Shown one piece after another: positions 9,569 to 18,782 of a stretch of 64,000 bases of DNA (its first letter is position 1; the number at the start of each line of letters is the position of its first letter). The notes beneath the pieces are model-generated. The model had not been told where the DNA came from. It searched no databases and worked only from the letters and a program-made list of their open reading frames with translations. This DNA is from Actinomycetota bacterium (GTDB lineage Bacteria; Actinomycetota; CADDZG01; JAHWKV01). The stretch is from contig JAHWKU010000010.1 of assembly GCA_019347715.1 (NCBI GenBank), forward strand, positions 10,805 through 74,804, in the 5' to 3' direction. The position numbers were made by a program, and so were the translations under genes.

Positions 9569-10585
9569 ATGACTAAGAAAGCTTTGATCACTGGGATCAC
9601 GGGCCAGGATGGTTCCTACCTTGCCGAGTTCCTTTTGGAAAAGGGTTACGAGGTCCACGGGATCATCCGCCGGTCCTCATCGTTCAACACCGAACGCCTG
9701 GAAGATATCTATCGGGATCCTCATGAATCGGGGGTGCGGCTCTTCAATCACTTCGGGGACCTCGGCGATTCCACTTCGCTCGTGAACCTCATCCGAGACC
9801 TGAAGCCAGACGAGGTCTACAACCTTGCCGCGCAGAGCCATGTGAAGGTTTCCTTCGAGATCCCCGAGTACACCGGCGATGTCACGGGAGTCGGGGTGAT
9901 GAGGATCCTCGAGGCGCTGCGCTTGTCGGGAGTGGAGGCTCGCTTTTATCAGGCCTCTTCATCGGAAATGTTCGGGGCGGCTCAGCCCCCGCAGAACGAG
10001 GACACTCCGTTTCACCCGCGCAGCCCTTATGGGGTTGCGAAGGTGATGGGGTATTGGGCGACGGTCAACTACCGAGAGGCCTACGACATGTTCGCCACGA
10101 ACGGGATACTTTTCAACCACGAAAGCGTTCGGCGCGGTGAGACGTTCGTCTCGCGCAAGATCACGCGTGCCGTAGCTCGCATCAAGGCCGGGACGCAGGA
10201 CAAGCTCTACCTTGGAAATCTCGAAGCCAAGCGGGACTGGGGCCTGGCTCCGGAGTTCGTGGAAGCTATGTGGATGATGCTTCAGCACGACGAGCCCGAC
10301 GACTTCGTCATCGCCACCGGTGAGGCCCACAGCGTGAAGGAGTTCGTCGAGATCGCTTTCGGCCACGCGGGTTTGGATTGGGAGAAGTACGTCGAGATCG
10401 ATCCCAGGTATTTCCGTCCGTCCGAGGTGGATCACTTGCGCGGCGATGCGTCCAAGGCGAAGAAGGTGCTCGGGTGGGAGCCAAAGACCTCGTTCGAGGA
10501 TCTGGCGAGGCTGATGGTCGACGACGACATCAAACTGCTCGACGACGAGCTATCCGGCCGCCGGGCGGGCCGCGACCGCGAATGA
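9569..10585 (+). CDS. gmd: GDP-mannose 4,6-dehydratase
   Basis: 338 aa. [44 protein letters not shown] and the remainder align well with the Gmd family. Confidence 0.95.
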   Translation: MTKKALITGITGQDGSYLAEFLLEKGYEVHGIIRRSSSFNTERLEDIYRDPHESGVRLFNHFGDLGDSTSLVNLIRDLKPDEVYNLAAQSHVKVSFEIPEYTGDVTGVGVMRILEALRLSGVEARFYQASSSEMFGAAQPPQNEDTPFHPRSPYGVAKVMGYWATVNYREAYDMFATNGILFNHESVRRGETFVSRKITRAVARIKAGTQDKLYLGNLEAKRDWGLAPEFVEAMWMMLQHDEPDDFVIATGEAHSVKEFVEIAFGHAGLDWEKYVEIDPRYFRPSEVDHLRGDASKAKKVLGWEPKTSFEDLARLMVDDDIKLLDDELSGRRAGRDRE

Positions 10586-10595
10586 CCGCGGATTC

Positions 10596-10626
10596 GGGGG
10601 GCGCGACTCACAGAATTTTCCAGGGA
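10596..10626 (+). repeat. interspersed repeat family A copy (core GGCGCGACTCACAGAATTTTCCAGG)
   Basis: Sits in the 46-bp gmd-epimerase intergenic spacer. Confidence 0.85.
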
Positions 10627-10631
10627 TTCTG

Positions 10632-11540
10632 ATGCGAGCCGTTGTCACCGGCGGGGGCGGCTTCATAGGCAGCCACCTGACCGAACGTCTTCACGCGGAG
10701 GGCCATGAGATCCTTGTGATCGACGACCTGAGCTCGGGAGAGTCGCGGGTCAGCATCATCGAGGATCTTGGGATCGAGATAATCCGGGCCGACATCCGGT
10801 CCGATCAAGCCTCGGCAGCGATCGCTTCCTTTCGGCCCGAGGCGCTGTTCCACCTGGCGGCACAGATGGACGTGAGACGTTCGGTGGACGATCCTGCATT
10901 CGACGCCGACGTGAACGTTCTCGGGACTCTTCGGATGCTATCGGCCGCGGCCGACGTGGGGGCCCGCTTCATCAACACCTCTTCCGGGGGTGCGATGTAC
11001 GGCGAGCTGCCCCCCGATAGCGACGGCTTCGACGAGGAATCGCGTCCAGCGCCGATGTCTCCATACGGCATCAGCAAGCTCGCGGGGGAGCATTACTGTC
11101 GGTTCTTCGGTGAGTTCCGGGGAATTGAGTTTGTGAGTCTCGCCCTTGCCAATGTCTACGGCCCCCGGCAGGACCCTCACGGGGAGGCAGGCGTTGTCGC
11201 GATCTTCGGACGGAAGCTCCTTGATAGTGAGCCGTGTGTGATCTACGGAGACGGCAAGCAGACTCGTGATTACGTTTTCGTCGGCGACGTCGTTGACGCG
11301 TATCTTGCCGCGCTCGACCGGGGGACAGGGGAGACGGTAAACATTGGGACCGGCGTCGAGACGAGCGTCGTCGACCTATACGCGCAGATGGCAAGCCTCA
11401 TCGGCACCGACGCCGAGCCGGTCTTCGAGCCCGAGCGGGCCGGAGAGCTTCGACGCGTCGCCCTTGACGTCTCCAGGGCCGAGCGAGTCCTCGGCTGGAC
11501 ACCGAAGACGCCCCTCGCGGAAGGGCTCCGGGCCCTGTAG
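10632..11540 (+). CDS. NAD-dependent epimerase/dehydratase (GalE-like)
   Basis: 302 aa. MRAVVTGGGGFIGSHLTERL..., YGISK (YxxxK). Extended SDR fold. Confidence 0.8.
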   Translation: MRAVVTGGGGFIGSHLTERLHAEGHEILVIDDLSSGESRVSIIEDLGIEIIRADIRSDQASAAIASFRPEALFHLAAQMDVRRSVDDPAFDADVNVLGTLRMLSAAADVGARFINTSSGGAMYGELPPDSDGFDEESRPAPMSPYGISKLAGEHYCRFFGEFRGIEFVSLALANVYGPRQDPHGEAGVVAIFGRKLLDSEPCVIYGDGKQTRDYVFVGDVVDAYLAALDRGTGETVNIGTGVETSVVDLYAQMASLIGTDAEPVFEPERAGELRRVALDVSRAERVLGWTPKTPLAEGLRAL

Positions 11541-11547
11541 ATAGCCC

Positions 11548-12513
11548 CTAGGCGGGGCGGTATTCGGCGATCATTTCTTCGACGCCGTCTTTGAGCGGCG
11601 TTGAAGGGACCCAGCCGGTGACTTCCTTGAGCCTAGTCACGTCGGCCGAGCGACGCGGGTAACCATCCGGCTTGGAGGTGTCGAACTCCAGCGCCGCCGT
11701 CGAACCCGTGAGCTGCAGGATCAACGACGCAAGTTCCTTCATCGAGATCTCATCGTCGTGACCGATGTTGATCGGCTCCGCATCGGTCGCTTTCTCTGCG
11801 ATCAGCTTCATCCCGAGGGCCCCGTCCCGCGCATGCAGAAACGCCCGGGTCTGTGTTCCCGTTCCCCAAACCACGACCGGATCTTCACCGTCGAGGACCC
11901 GCTTGATGATTGCCGGGATCACGTGGCTCGTTTTTACGTCCCAGTGGTCACGGGGGCCGTACATGTTGAAGGGACGGCAGATCGCCACGTCCATGTCGGT
12001 CTCATCATGGAAGTACTTGCCGAGGTTCTCCGCCATCCGCTTGGCCCACCCGTAGCCTTCGTTGGTCGGCTCTGGGGAGCCGCGGTCGGCCTCGGTCTCA
12101 GGAGTCGGGACCTTGGCGTCGTGAGGGTAGATGCACGCGGTGGAGACCACGAGGAAACGTCCGACGCCTTTTCTCGCCGCCGACTGCAGGACCTGCTGGC
12201 CGAGGGCCATGTTCGTCGAGAACATGTCGGCGTGATGGAACCGGTTATATTCGATGCCGGTCACCTTGGCCGCAAGGTTCAGCACGACCTCTTGTCCCTT
12301 AGTAGCCGCGTCGGCCCCTTCTGGCGTGGCGAGGTCGGAGCGCACGAGGCGGACCGAGTCCTTCACCGAGTCGATGCGTTCCATCGATCCTCTTTCGAGA
12401 TTGTCTGCGACGGTCACCTCTGCCCCATCTTCGACCAGCATCTCGGTGAGATATGAGCCGACGAAGCCGGCTCCTCCGGTCACACAAACCTTTCTTCCTT
12501 GCCAGAAACTCAT
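11548..12513 (-). CDS. fcl: GDP-L-fucose synthase (GDP-4-keto-6-deoxy-D-mannose 3,5-epimerase/4-reductase)
   Basis: 321 aa. Blocks STACIYP, EPTNEGYGWAK, FNMYGPRDHW, SHVIPAI, VVWGTGTQTRAFLHARD and KPDGYPRRSADVTRL match conserved Fcl/WcaG blocks. Confidence 0.85.
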   Translation of the reverse strand: MSFWQGRKVCVTGGAGFVGSYLTEMLVEDGAEVTVADNLERGSMERIDSVKDSVRLVRSDLATPEGADAATKGQEVVLNLAAKVTGIEYNRFHHADMFSTNMALGQQVLQSAARKGVGRFLVVSTACIYPHDAKVPTPETEADRGSPEPTNEGYGWAKRMAENLGKYFHDETDMDVAICRPFNMYGPRDHWDVKTSHVIPAIIKRVLDGEDPVVVWGTGTQTRAFLHARDGALGMKLIAEKATDAEPINIGHDDEISMKELASLILQLTGSTAALEFDTSKPDGYPRRSADVTRLKEVTGWVPSTPLKDGVEEMIAEYRPA

Positions 12514-12536
12514 TGAGGGGTCCTTTCCGGCTTCAA

Positions 12537-12567
12537 GTTTTCCAATTTCTGTGAGTCGCGCCCCCCG
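12537..12567 (-). repeat. interspersed repeat family A copy (reverse orientation)
   Basis: ttttccaatttctgtgagtcgcgcccccc, between the DUF3105 gene and fcl. Confidence 0.85.
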
Positions 12568-12570
12568 GGC

Positions 12571-13230
12571 TTAGCAGCCGAGGGGGAATTTCTCCGGCCC
12601 ATGTTCGCAGTATTCCTTGATGAATGCCCGCACAACTTTTTCGTTGTATTTCTCGCACGTCTGCATGCGGGCCCACGCAGTCATGACGAGAGGACTCTCG
12701 ATGTCGGGGTTGGCCATGAGGATCACGCCCGAGCCTTGGCCGATTGCGGGATAGGAGTCCACCAGATCTTCGAGATCCTCGAGTTCGTCGTCAGGGAGAT
12801 CGTTATGGTGGATCATGATGCCCCCGTGTTCCAAGTTGTGAACATAGAGCTCCGGTTCGATCGGTTCGTCGTGGATTCCCCATGGGGCGGTGCCGCCGCC
12901 GCGATGCTGTCCCGATGTCGGAGGATCGGAGTTGTATGGAACCCGCTCGGGCGGGGGCTGGCCATCGATGTGCACGCCCCTTTGCTCTTCGAATTCCTCA
13001 ACCTCGTCGCATCCCGCCGCCTGCAGTTCGTCGGGGCTCACTTTTCCTGCCTGACTGCGCATGAAGCCGAAGACCCCTCCGCCGACGAGGACGACGAGAA
13101 TTATTCCGATAACGATCGCTTGCCGCTTTTTCTTGGCGCGCTGGCGGCGCTTTTGCTCTTCGAGGCGCGCCTTGCGGGCCGCCTCTCGCCGTTGTGCCTT
13201 CGAAGCCTTCTTGTCAGCCAAATCGGCCAT
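12571..13230 (-). CDS. DUF3105-like membrane-anchored hypothetical protein
   Basis: 219 aa. Highly basic N-terminus (KKASKAQRREAARKARLEEQKRRQRAKKKRQ), one TM helix (IVIGIILVVLVGGGVF), then a His-rich globular domain. Confidence 0.5.
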   Translation of the reverse strand: MADLADKKASKAQRREAARKARLEEQKRRQRAKKKRQAIVIGIILVVLVGGGVFGFMRSQAGKVSPDELQAAGCDEVEEFEEQRGVHIDGQPPPERVPYNSDPPTSGQHRGGGTAPWGIHDEPIEPELYVHNLEHGGIMIHHNDLPDDELEDLEDLVDSYPAIGQGSGVILMANPDIESPLVMTAWARMQTCEKYNEKVVRAFIKEYCEHGPEKFPLGC

Positions 13231-13280
13231 AGCCTAGCGGAACGACCGCGGTAAGGGATGCCCATCGACAATGGAAAGCT

Positions 13281-13997
13281 TCAGCGAAACAGATCGGATT
13301 GCGGATCTCGCACGAGCGAGCGCGCTCTTCCTTTGCCCTCGGGATACTGCAGGCCTCTGATCAAGGCTACGGGGATCCGCTCCGATTTACCCATAACCAG
13401 CTCGGCGGCCGAAGCGATCTCATCGGCGATTGCGATCGACGTCACACTCATGATCCTGCCAAAGTGATCCGGCTTGCCCCGGTGATCATTGAGGGCGAGC
13501 ATCCCAGCCACGCCGATGGCGAAGTTCGTCTGGCCGATCCGCCAGGCACGGCCCCAGGTGTCGGTGATGACCACCGCCACGCTCGCGCCGGTCAGTCGTT
13601 TGATTTGCTTTCGCAGCCCCCGGGCGGACCTGTCCGGATCGACCGGAAGAAGGGTGACGGTTCCCTCTTCGACGTTCGAGGAATCGACACCCGCATTGGC
13701 GCAGACGAATCCATGTTTCGTTTCTGCGATCAGAAGGCCCCCGCGCTGACGGACCACTCTGGCGGTCTCGCCCATGACGATCTGCAGTTTGGCATCGTCG
13801 TCGCCGGGAGGGATTTTTGCGATCCTGCCCTCGGCCTTGGAGACGATCTTGTGGGTGACGACGAGGACGTCGCCGTCCTGCACCTCGAGCCCTGCGGCCT
13901 CGACGGCACCGGCAATGAGCTTCGCAAGGTCGTCTCCGGGCCGAACCTCGGGAATTCCCTCGACGGGGTAGATCGTCACTGCTTCCACGGCCGCCAT
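13281..13997 (-). CDS. cofE: coenzyme F420-0:L-glutamate ligase
   Basis: 238 aa. VVTHKIVSKAEGR...FVCANAGVDSSNV...VVITDTWGRAWRIGQTNFAIGVAG is typical of the CofE/FbiB N-terminal domain. Confidence 0.85.
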   Translation of the reverse strand: MAAVEAVTIYPVEGIPEVRPGDDLAKLIAGAVEAAGLEVQDGDVLVVTHKIVSKAEGRIAKIPPGDDDAKLQIVMGETARVVRQRGGLLIAETKHGFVCANAGVDSSNVEEGTVTLLPVDPDRSARGLRKQIKRLTGASVAVVITDTWGRAWRIGQTNFAIGVAGMLALNDHRGKPDHFGRIMSVTSIAIADEIASAAELVMGKSERIPVALIRGLQYPEGKGRARSLVRDPQSDLFR

Positions 13998-14055
13998 CCT
14001 ACGGCCCCCACCGGGGGCCCACCCGAGTCACCCAGCGCGCCACCGGCGACAGCGT

Positions 14056-14108
14056 CTTTTTTGTTCGCGAATGCGAACACTTTTGCACTCGGCGGCGCGA
14101 ACAAAAAA
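14056..14108 (+). repeat. hairpin repeat family B copy 1 (13-bp perfect stem TTTTTTGTTCGCG / CGCGAACAAAAAA, 26-nt loop)
   Basis: Between cofE and the DUF559 gene. The loop contains GAATGCGAAC, which can alternatively pair with GTTCGC. Confidence 0.8.
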
Positions 14109-14141
14109 ATGCGAGGGGCCATCCCCCTCAATTCGCAGATC

Positions 14142-15077
14142 TCAACGCCTCGTCCCCGTCTTACCCTTAGTCCTCGACTCGATGGCCACGCGGATCGCTT
14201 CGGCCACCGCCTTGGATTGCCGAGTCACCATGTACCACGTGAACCTCAGGACCAGCCACCCGTTCAAGATCAATACGTTCTGGCGATCGGTGTCCCTCTC
14301 GTGGGCCCGCCGGCCGAGATGGAATTCGTTGCCGTCGGCCTCGATGGCGATCCCGAGGTCTGGATACGCGAAGTCTGAAACAAAGCATTGATCGCCGATG
14401 TTGATCTTGTACTGAGGGATCGCCGGTGGGAGCCTCTCCTCTTCGAAAATCCGGTTCATCCTGCGCTCCAATTCGGTGCGGATCTTTTCTGGCAGCGACA
14501 TTCGCTGGTCGAGCAAGTTCCGGAAGGTCGTAAGCCCACGGAGGCCCTGCCGGCTTTCTCTCAGCAGCACATCCAGAAGAATTGAAGGCTTCGTCTTGCC
14601 CTTGATTAGAGCCTCATCGAGAAGCCGTTCAACCAAGCTGGGGGGCACTACGGCCCCCAGGGTCAGCAGCGTCCGTGGGATCGAGGTAACGGGGATCCCC
14701 TCGATCCGTCTCACATCGATGGGATCGATTTTCCCGTAGTGCACTTTCATCCCCTTGGGGGCCCGAACTCTCTTCCGCAAGGTGATCTCGACCACATCGG
14801 ATTTGATTGAGAGCTCGTGAACTCGGGCAGCGCATCGATGCGAAGCCACCGCCTCGTCTCCTCCCCAAGTGACCGCCCCGGCCACACGGGTGGGCCACTC
14901 CAGCCGATCTCCGTTGAAACGAAAGACGGCTGGATAGAGACCGGCCAGGTGTCCCGAATTCACCAATCGTCTGATCGTGTAGTTGGGGATTCCCAGTCGG
15001 TTCATCTGATCAGCTGAAATGACCCCGCGCCGGCGTTCTGCAAGGAGAATGGCTCTTTCGATTCGGTTCGAGTCCAT
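14142..15077 (-). CDS. DUF559 (Vsr-like endonuclease fold) protein with AbiEi-like N-terminal domain
   Basis: 311 aa. N-terminal wHTH-like region (GVISADQMNRLGIPNYTIRRLVNSGHL). C-terminal DFAYPDLGIAIEADGNEFH...DTDRQNVLILNGWLVLRF is typical of DUF559. Confidence 0.65.
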   Translation of the reverse strand: MDSNRIERAILLAERRRGVISADQMNRLGIPNYTIRRLVNSGHLAGLYPAVFRFNGDRLEWPTRVAGAVTWGGDEAVASHRCAARVHELSIKSDVVEITLRKRVRAPKGMKVHYGKIDPIDVRRIEGIPVTSIPRTLLTLGAVVPPSLVERLLDEALIKGKTKPSILLDVLLRESRQGLRGLTTFRNLLDQRMSLPEKIRTELERRMNRIFEEERLPPAIPQYKINIGDQCFVSDFAYPDLGIAIEADGNEFHLGRRAHERDTDRQNVLILNGWLVLRFTWYMVTRQSKAVAEAIRVAIESRTKGKTGTRR

Positions 15078-15144
15078 GCCTCATATCAAAGCGGGACCCT
15101 GTGACAAAAGTCGACGTTTTCGCGACCCGGGGAGGCCTTGGCAT

Positions 15145-15193
15145 TTCTGTTCGCGAATCCGAACACTTTTACGCCTGCGCTCGCCAACAAAAA
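15145..15193 (+). repeat. hairpin repeat family B copy 2 (direct orientation relative to copy 1)
   Basis: TTTCTGTTCGCGAATCCGAACACTTTTACGCCTGCGCTCGCCAACAAAAA. 27 of 28 positions are identical to copy 1 over GTTCGCGAATNCGAACACTTTT. Between the DUF559 gene and cofD. Confidence 0.8.
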
Positions 15194-15213
15194 CCTGGCG
15201 GTGCCCGGTCCGG

Positions 15214-16149
15214 CTAGGGGGCAGCGAGGATTTCTTTTGCTAGTTGGCGCGAGATGCCGGGGGTCTCCATGACGGTCTCGAGCACCATCACCCTCATCCC
15301 CAGGTCCTCGATCTTGCCGGCCTCGGGGGCGTCGCGGTAATCGACGATGAACGTCCCGCAGAAATCCTGGTACAGCCCGGCCACCGCAGACGCGCTCGCC
15401 TCGGCCCCCACGACCGGGAGGAGTTTCTCGGCCGGCCCCTTTAGTGCCGCGCCCTGGACGATGGGGGATATCGCGAACACGGCGTCGCGGCGTTCCCGCA
15501 ACGCTTCCCTTATCCCGGGGACGGCAAGGATCGGGCCTATCGAAATAACTGGGTTCGACGGACAGATGATGATCCTTTGCGCCGCCGAGATCGCGTCGAT
15601 GACTCCGGGGGCCGGAGTCGCGGTCTCCGCCCCCTCGAAGTGCACCTCTGCAACTTCTTCCGAATGACGGTAGCGAACGAAGTACTCCTGAAACTCTCTG
15701 GTTAGGCCCTCGCTCGTGACGATCCTCGTCCGGACCGGGTCGTCGGTCATTGGGATGATGCGCGCCGCCACGTCGAGGCCTCGGCGAATGCGATCGGTCA
15801 CCTCCGACAGCGGAACTCCGTCGGCCAGCCAAGTGGTGCGCGCCATGTGGGTTCCGATATCGCGGTCCTTCAGCGTGAACCATGTCTCGAGGCCGAGACC
15901 CGCCATCTGGTCGAGCGCGTGCGTCGTGTCCTGCTTTATTCCCCATCCGAGAGTGTCGTCCACGAGCCCGGCCAGCGTGTAGGTGACTATGTCGAGGTCG
16001 GGGGAGACGTGAAGGTTGTGGAAGACCGCGTCGTCGCCGGTGTTGCCGATGATCGTCACGTTCTCGGGTTCGGTGGCGCGCACCAGACCTCTAAGGAATT
16101 TGGCTGCCCCGACGCCGCCTGCCAAAGCAGTGACTCGCATGGGGGCCAT
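15214..16149 (-). CDS. cofD: 2-phospho-L-lactate transferase (LPPG:FO transferase)
   Basis: 311 aa. MRVTALAGGVGAAKFLRGL...VTIIGNTGDDAVFHNLHVSPDLDIVTYTLAG is highly characteristic of CofD/FbiA. Confidence 0.9.
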   Translation of the reverse strand: MAPMRVTALAGGVGAAKFLRGLVRATEPENVTIIGNTGDDAVFHNLHVSPDLDIVTYTLAGLVDDTLGWGIKQDTTHALDQMAGLGLETWFTLKDRDIGTHMARTTWLADGVPLSEVTDRIRRGLDVAARIIPMTDDPVRTRIVTSEGLTREFQEYFVRYRHSEEVAEVHFEGAETATPAPGVIDAISAAQRIIICPSNPVISIGPILAVPGIREALRERRDAVFAISPIVQGAALKGPAEKLLPVVGAEASASAVAGLYQDFCGTFIVDYRDAPEAGKIEDLGMRVMVLETVMETPGISRQLAKEILAAP

Positions 16150-16217
16150 GTTAGGCGAACGGTCGGCGCCGGGCTCACCTGAGGGAAATCCTGCTCGGGG
16201 CGTGTTAGCGTCGGCCC

Positions 16218-18656
16218 GTGCCGCTCACGGAGACCGAGGCAATCGCGCTCGCTGATGAAATCGCCGCGCACGGCCTGCCCGATCACGCAAGAACCCAAAG
16301 CGCCGAACTGAGAGACAGCGCCTTCGGCAACCGCATCACCTACTCACCGAAAGTCTTCATCCCGCTGACGATGCTTTGCCGCGACATCTGTCACTACTGC
16401 ACTTTTGCCAAGCCGCCTTCCAAGGGGCAGCGGGCGTACATGTCGATCGACGAAATGATCGAGATCGCACGCGCCGGTGCGGCGGCCGGTTGCAAGGAAG
16501 CGCTTTTCACTTTGGGGGACAAGCCCGAGCTTCGATACCGGGCCGCCCGCGAAGAGCTCGACCGGTTGGGATTCGAATCAACGATCGCGTATCTCGCCCA
16601 CGCGGCCAAGGCGGTGTTGGATGAGACCGGGCTGCTCCCGCATCTCAATCCGGGGATCCTGTCTCCCGACGACTTCGAGCTTCTGCGCGACGTCGCTCCT
16701 TCGATGGGGATCATGATCGAATCAACCTCGGACCGGCTGCTGCAAAAGGGAATGGCCCACCACGGAAGTCCTGACAAGGTTCCGGCGCTTCGGCTTGCAA
16801 CACTCGAGCTGGCCGGGCGTTTCCAGGTCCCATTCACGACTGGGATCCTGATCGGCATCGGAGAGAACTGGCGCGAACGTGCGGAGACCTTGCTGGCGAT
16901 TGCGGAGTCGCATCGTCGCAACGGTCATGTCCAAGAGGTGATCGTGCAGAACTTCCGGGCAAAGCACGACACCTTGATGAGCGATCATCCCGAGCCGGAC
17001 GACGACGAGATGCTGGCTTCGATCGCGCTGGCGCGCCTCATCCTCCCAGAGGACATCAGCGTTCAGGCCCCGCCGAACCTGGCCTCATCGGACGAGAATC
17101 TCGTTTCCTACATCGAGCACGGAATAAACGATTGGGGCGGCGTCTCTCCGGTAACGATCGATCACGTAAACCCGGAGGCCCCCTGGCCCGACCTCGACCG
17201 GCTCGAAGCGGTGACTGCGAGGGCCGGCGGCGTGTTGGTGCCGCGCCTTACCGTCTATCCGCGCTACGCCTTCGACGATGAGTGGGTTTCGAAGAAAGTG
17301 CTTCCGGCGGTCCTAGCCGCAGCCGACGGCGAGGGCCTCGCATTCGAAGGCCCCTGGTACTCCGGCGCCCCCGCCCCCTCGCGGGGGCGCGACTCACAGA
17401 ATTTTCCAGGAAACCCCCCCGGGGGGCGCGACTCACAGGATTTTCCAGGGGCCCGCACGCGCGGCCCCGGCGTCGCGCGCGCCCCCTCGCGGCCCCGGCC
17501 CCGTGCCGATTTCGAAACCGCCATCGCTAAGGCTGGCGGCAGTGAACTTAACGAAGACGAAATCACCGTCCTTCTGACCGCGCGGGGCCCCGAGTACGAG
17601 CGTCTCATCGAAGCCGCCGACGCGCTCAGACAAAAAGTCAGCGGCGATACGGTCACCTTCGTCGTCAATCGCAATATCAACTACACCAACATGTGCTACT
17701 TCCGATGCGGATTCTGCGCGTTCAGCAAGGGCCCGAAGTCCTTGAACCTGCGCGGCGATCCATATCTGATCTCTTTCGACGAGATCGCGGAGCGCACCAT
17801 CGAGGCCCGCGAGCGCGGCGCTACAGAAGTTTGCCTTCAGGGTGGTATCCATCCGTCGTTCACCGGCGACTACTACGTGAAGGTCGTCCGTTCGATCAAG
17901 CAGGCGGTCCCCGACATCCACGTTCACGCCTTTAGTCCCCTGGAGATCTGGCAAGGCGCCGAGACGAAGGGCGTTACGATCCGCGATTTGCTTTGGGAGC
18001 TGAAGGATGAGGGGCTCGGCACGCTTCCCGGGACAGCCGCAGAGATTCTCGACGACGAGGTGCGGGCGATCATCTGTCCCGACAAGATCAATACGGCTCA
18101 GTGGAGCGAGGTTGCCCGTACTGCGCACTCACTCGGTCTGAAGATGTCCACGACGATGATGTTCGGACATGCCGACACATACCGGTCGTGGGCCCGTCAC
18201 CTGATCGTTCTTCGAGATATTCAGAAGGACAGCGGCGGATTCACAGAGTTCGTGCCGCTTCCATTCGTCCACATGGCTGCGCCGATCTTTCTGAAAGGGA
18301 AAGCAAGGCGGGGGCCCACGTTTGCCGAGACGATCAAGGTGCACGCGGTGGCGCGCCTTGCGCTGGATCCGTGGATCACGAACATACAGGCCTCGTGGGT
18401 GAAGCTCGGGGTCGAGGGTTCGCAGGTCGCACTGAATGCCGGCGCCAACGACCTCGGCGGGACACTCATGAACGAGACGATCTCGCGCGCCGCTGGGGCC
18501 TCGCACGGCCAGGAGATCACGGCGGACGAGATGAAGCGCATCATCTCCGACGCCGGCCGCCCCTGGGCCCAGCGCTCCACCACCTACGTACCCTTGGAGG
18601 CGCGACTCACAGAATCTTCCAGGCCCCCGACTGCGTCGGGGGCCTGTCGCGCGTAA
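16218..18656 (+). CDS. fbiC: FO synthase, bifunctional CofG/CofH (radical SAM)
   Basis: 812 aa. Two radical-SAM cysteine triads, CRDICHYCTF and CYFRCGFCAF. The linker and C-terminal tail contain copies of interspersed repeat family A. Stop TAA at 18654-18656 lies inside the repeat. Confidence 0.92.
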   Translation: MPLTETEAIALADEIAAHGLPDHARTQSAELRDSAFGNRITYSPKVFIPLTMLCRDICHYCTFAKPPSKGQRAYMSIDEMIEIARAGAAAGCKEALFTLGDKPELRYRAAREELDRLGFESTIAYLAHAAKAVLDETGLLPHLNPGILSPDDFELLRDVAPSMGIMIESTSDRLLQKGMAHHGSPDKVPALRLATLELAGRFQVPFTTGILIGIGENWRERAETLLAIAESHRRNGHVQEVIVQNFRAKHDTLMSDHPEPDDDEMLASIALARLILPEDISVQAPPNLASSDENLVSYIEHGINDWGGVSPVTIDHVNPEAPWPDLDRLEAVTARAGGVLVPRLTVYPRYAFDDEWVSKKVLPAVLAAADGEGLAFEGPWYSGAPAPSRGRDSQNFPGNPPGGRDSQDFPGARTRGPGVARAPSRPRPRADFETAIAKAGGSELNEDEITVLLTARGPEYERLIEAADALRQKVSGDTVTFVVNRNINYTNMCYFRCGFCAFSKGPKSLNLRGDPYLISFDEIAERTIEARERGATEVCLQGGIHPSFTGDYYVKVVRSIKQAVPDIHVHAFSPLEIWQGAETKGVTIRDLLWELKDEGLGTLPGTAAEILDDEVRAIICPDKINTAQWSEVARTAHSLGLKMSTTMMFGHADTYRSWARHLIVLRDIQKDSGGFTEFVPLPFVHMAAPIFLKGKARRGPTFAETIKVHAVARLALDPWITNIQASWVKLGVEGSQVALNAGANDLGGTLMNETISRAAGASHGQEITADEMKRIISDAGRPWAQRSTTYVPLEARLTESSRPPTASGACRA
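17384..17411 (+). repeat. interspersed repeat family A copy, in-frame inside fbiC linker
   Basis: gggggcgcgactcacagaattttccagg encodes GRDSQNFPG. Confidence 0.85.
17422..17451 (+). repeat. interspersed repeat family A copy, in-frame inside fbiC linker (tandem to previous)
   Basis: ggggggcgcgactcacaggattttccaggg encodes GGRDSQDFPG. Confidence 0.85.
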
Positions 18657-18687
18657 TCATCTGGAAAAATCTGTGAGTCGCGCCTCC
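18597..18687. repeat. complete palindromic element of repeat family A (about 91 bp; 27-bp terminal inverted repeats plus internal hairpin)
   Basis: GGAGGCGCGACTCACAGAATCTTCCAG-gcccccgactgcgtcgggggc-ctgtcgcgcgtaatcat-CTGGAAAAATCTGTGAGTCGCGCCTCC. Contains the fbiC stop codon. Confidence 0.85.
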
Positions 18688-18782
18688 TAATCGCGCTTAG
18701 CCCTACCGACAGTGGGTAGACACGTTTAGTAGGCGAGGGCACAGTTAGGCCGGGGGACAAAGAAAGGCGAAATACGGATTCA

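Larger units (their letters stand above)
14056..15193 (-). mobile_element. putative insertion cassette: DUF559/AbiEi-like gene bracketed by direct copies of hairpin repeat B, splitting cofD from cofE
   Basis: Direct repeats are about 1.09 kb apart. cofD and cofE are normally adjacent in Actinobacteria. No transposase or integrase is present, so mobility is inferred only. Confidence 0.35.

Noticed and set aside
14056-14108. Family-B hairpins as rho-independent terminators
   Set aside because: The T-run precedes the stem on both strands instead of following it, so the structure lacks a 3' U-tract for either transcript direction.
13299-14378. 359-aa plus-strand ORF spanning cofE and the DUF559 gene antisense
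   Set aside because: It crosses two well-supported minus-strand genes and an intergenic hairpin, and it has no recognisable motifs.
15086-15946. 286-aa Arg/Gly/Pro-rich minus-strand ORF overlapping cofD in another frame
   Set aside because: Its composition is typical of out-of-frame translation of GC-rich DNA. cofD in the other frame is strongly family-like.
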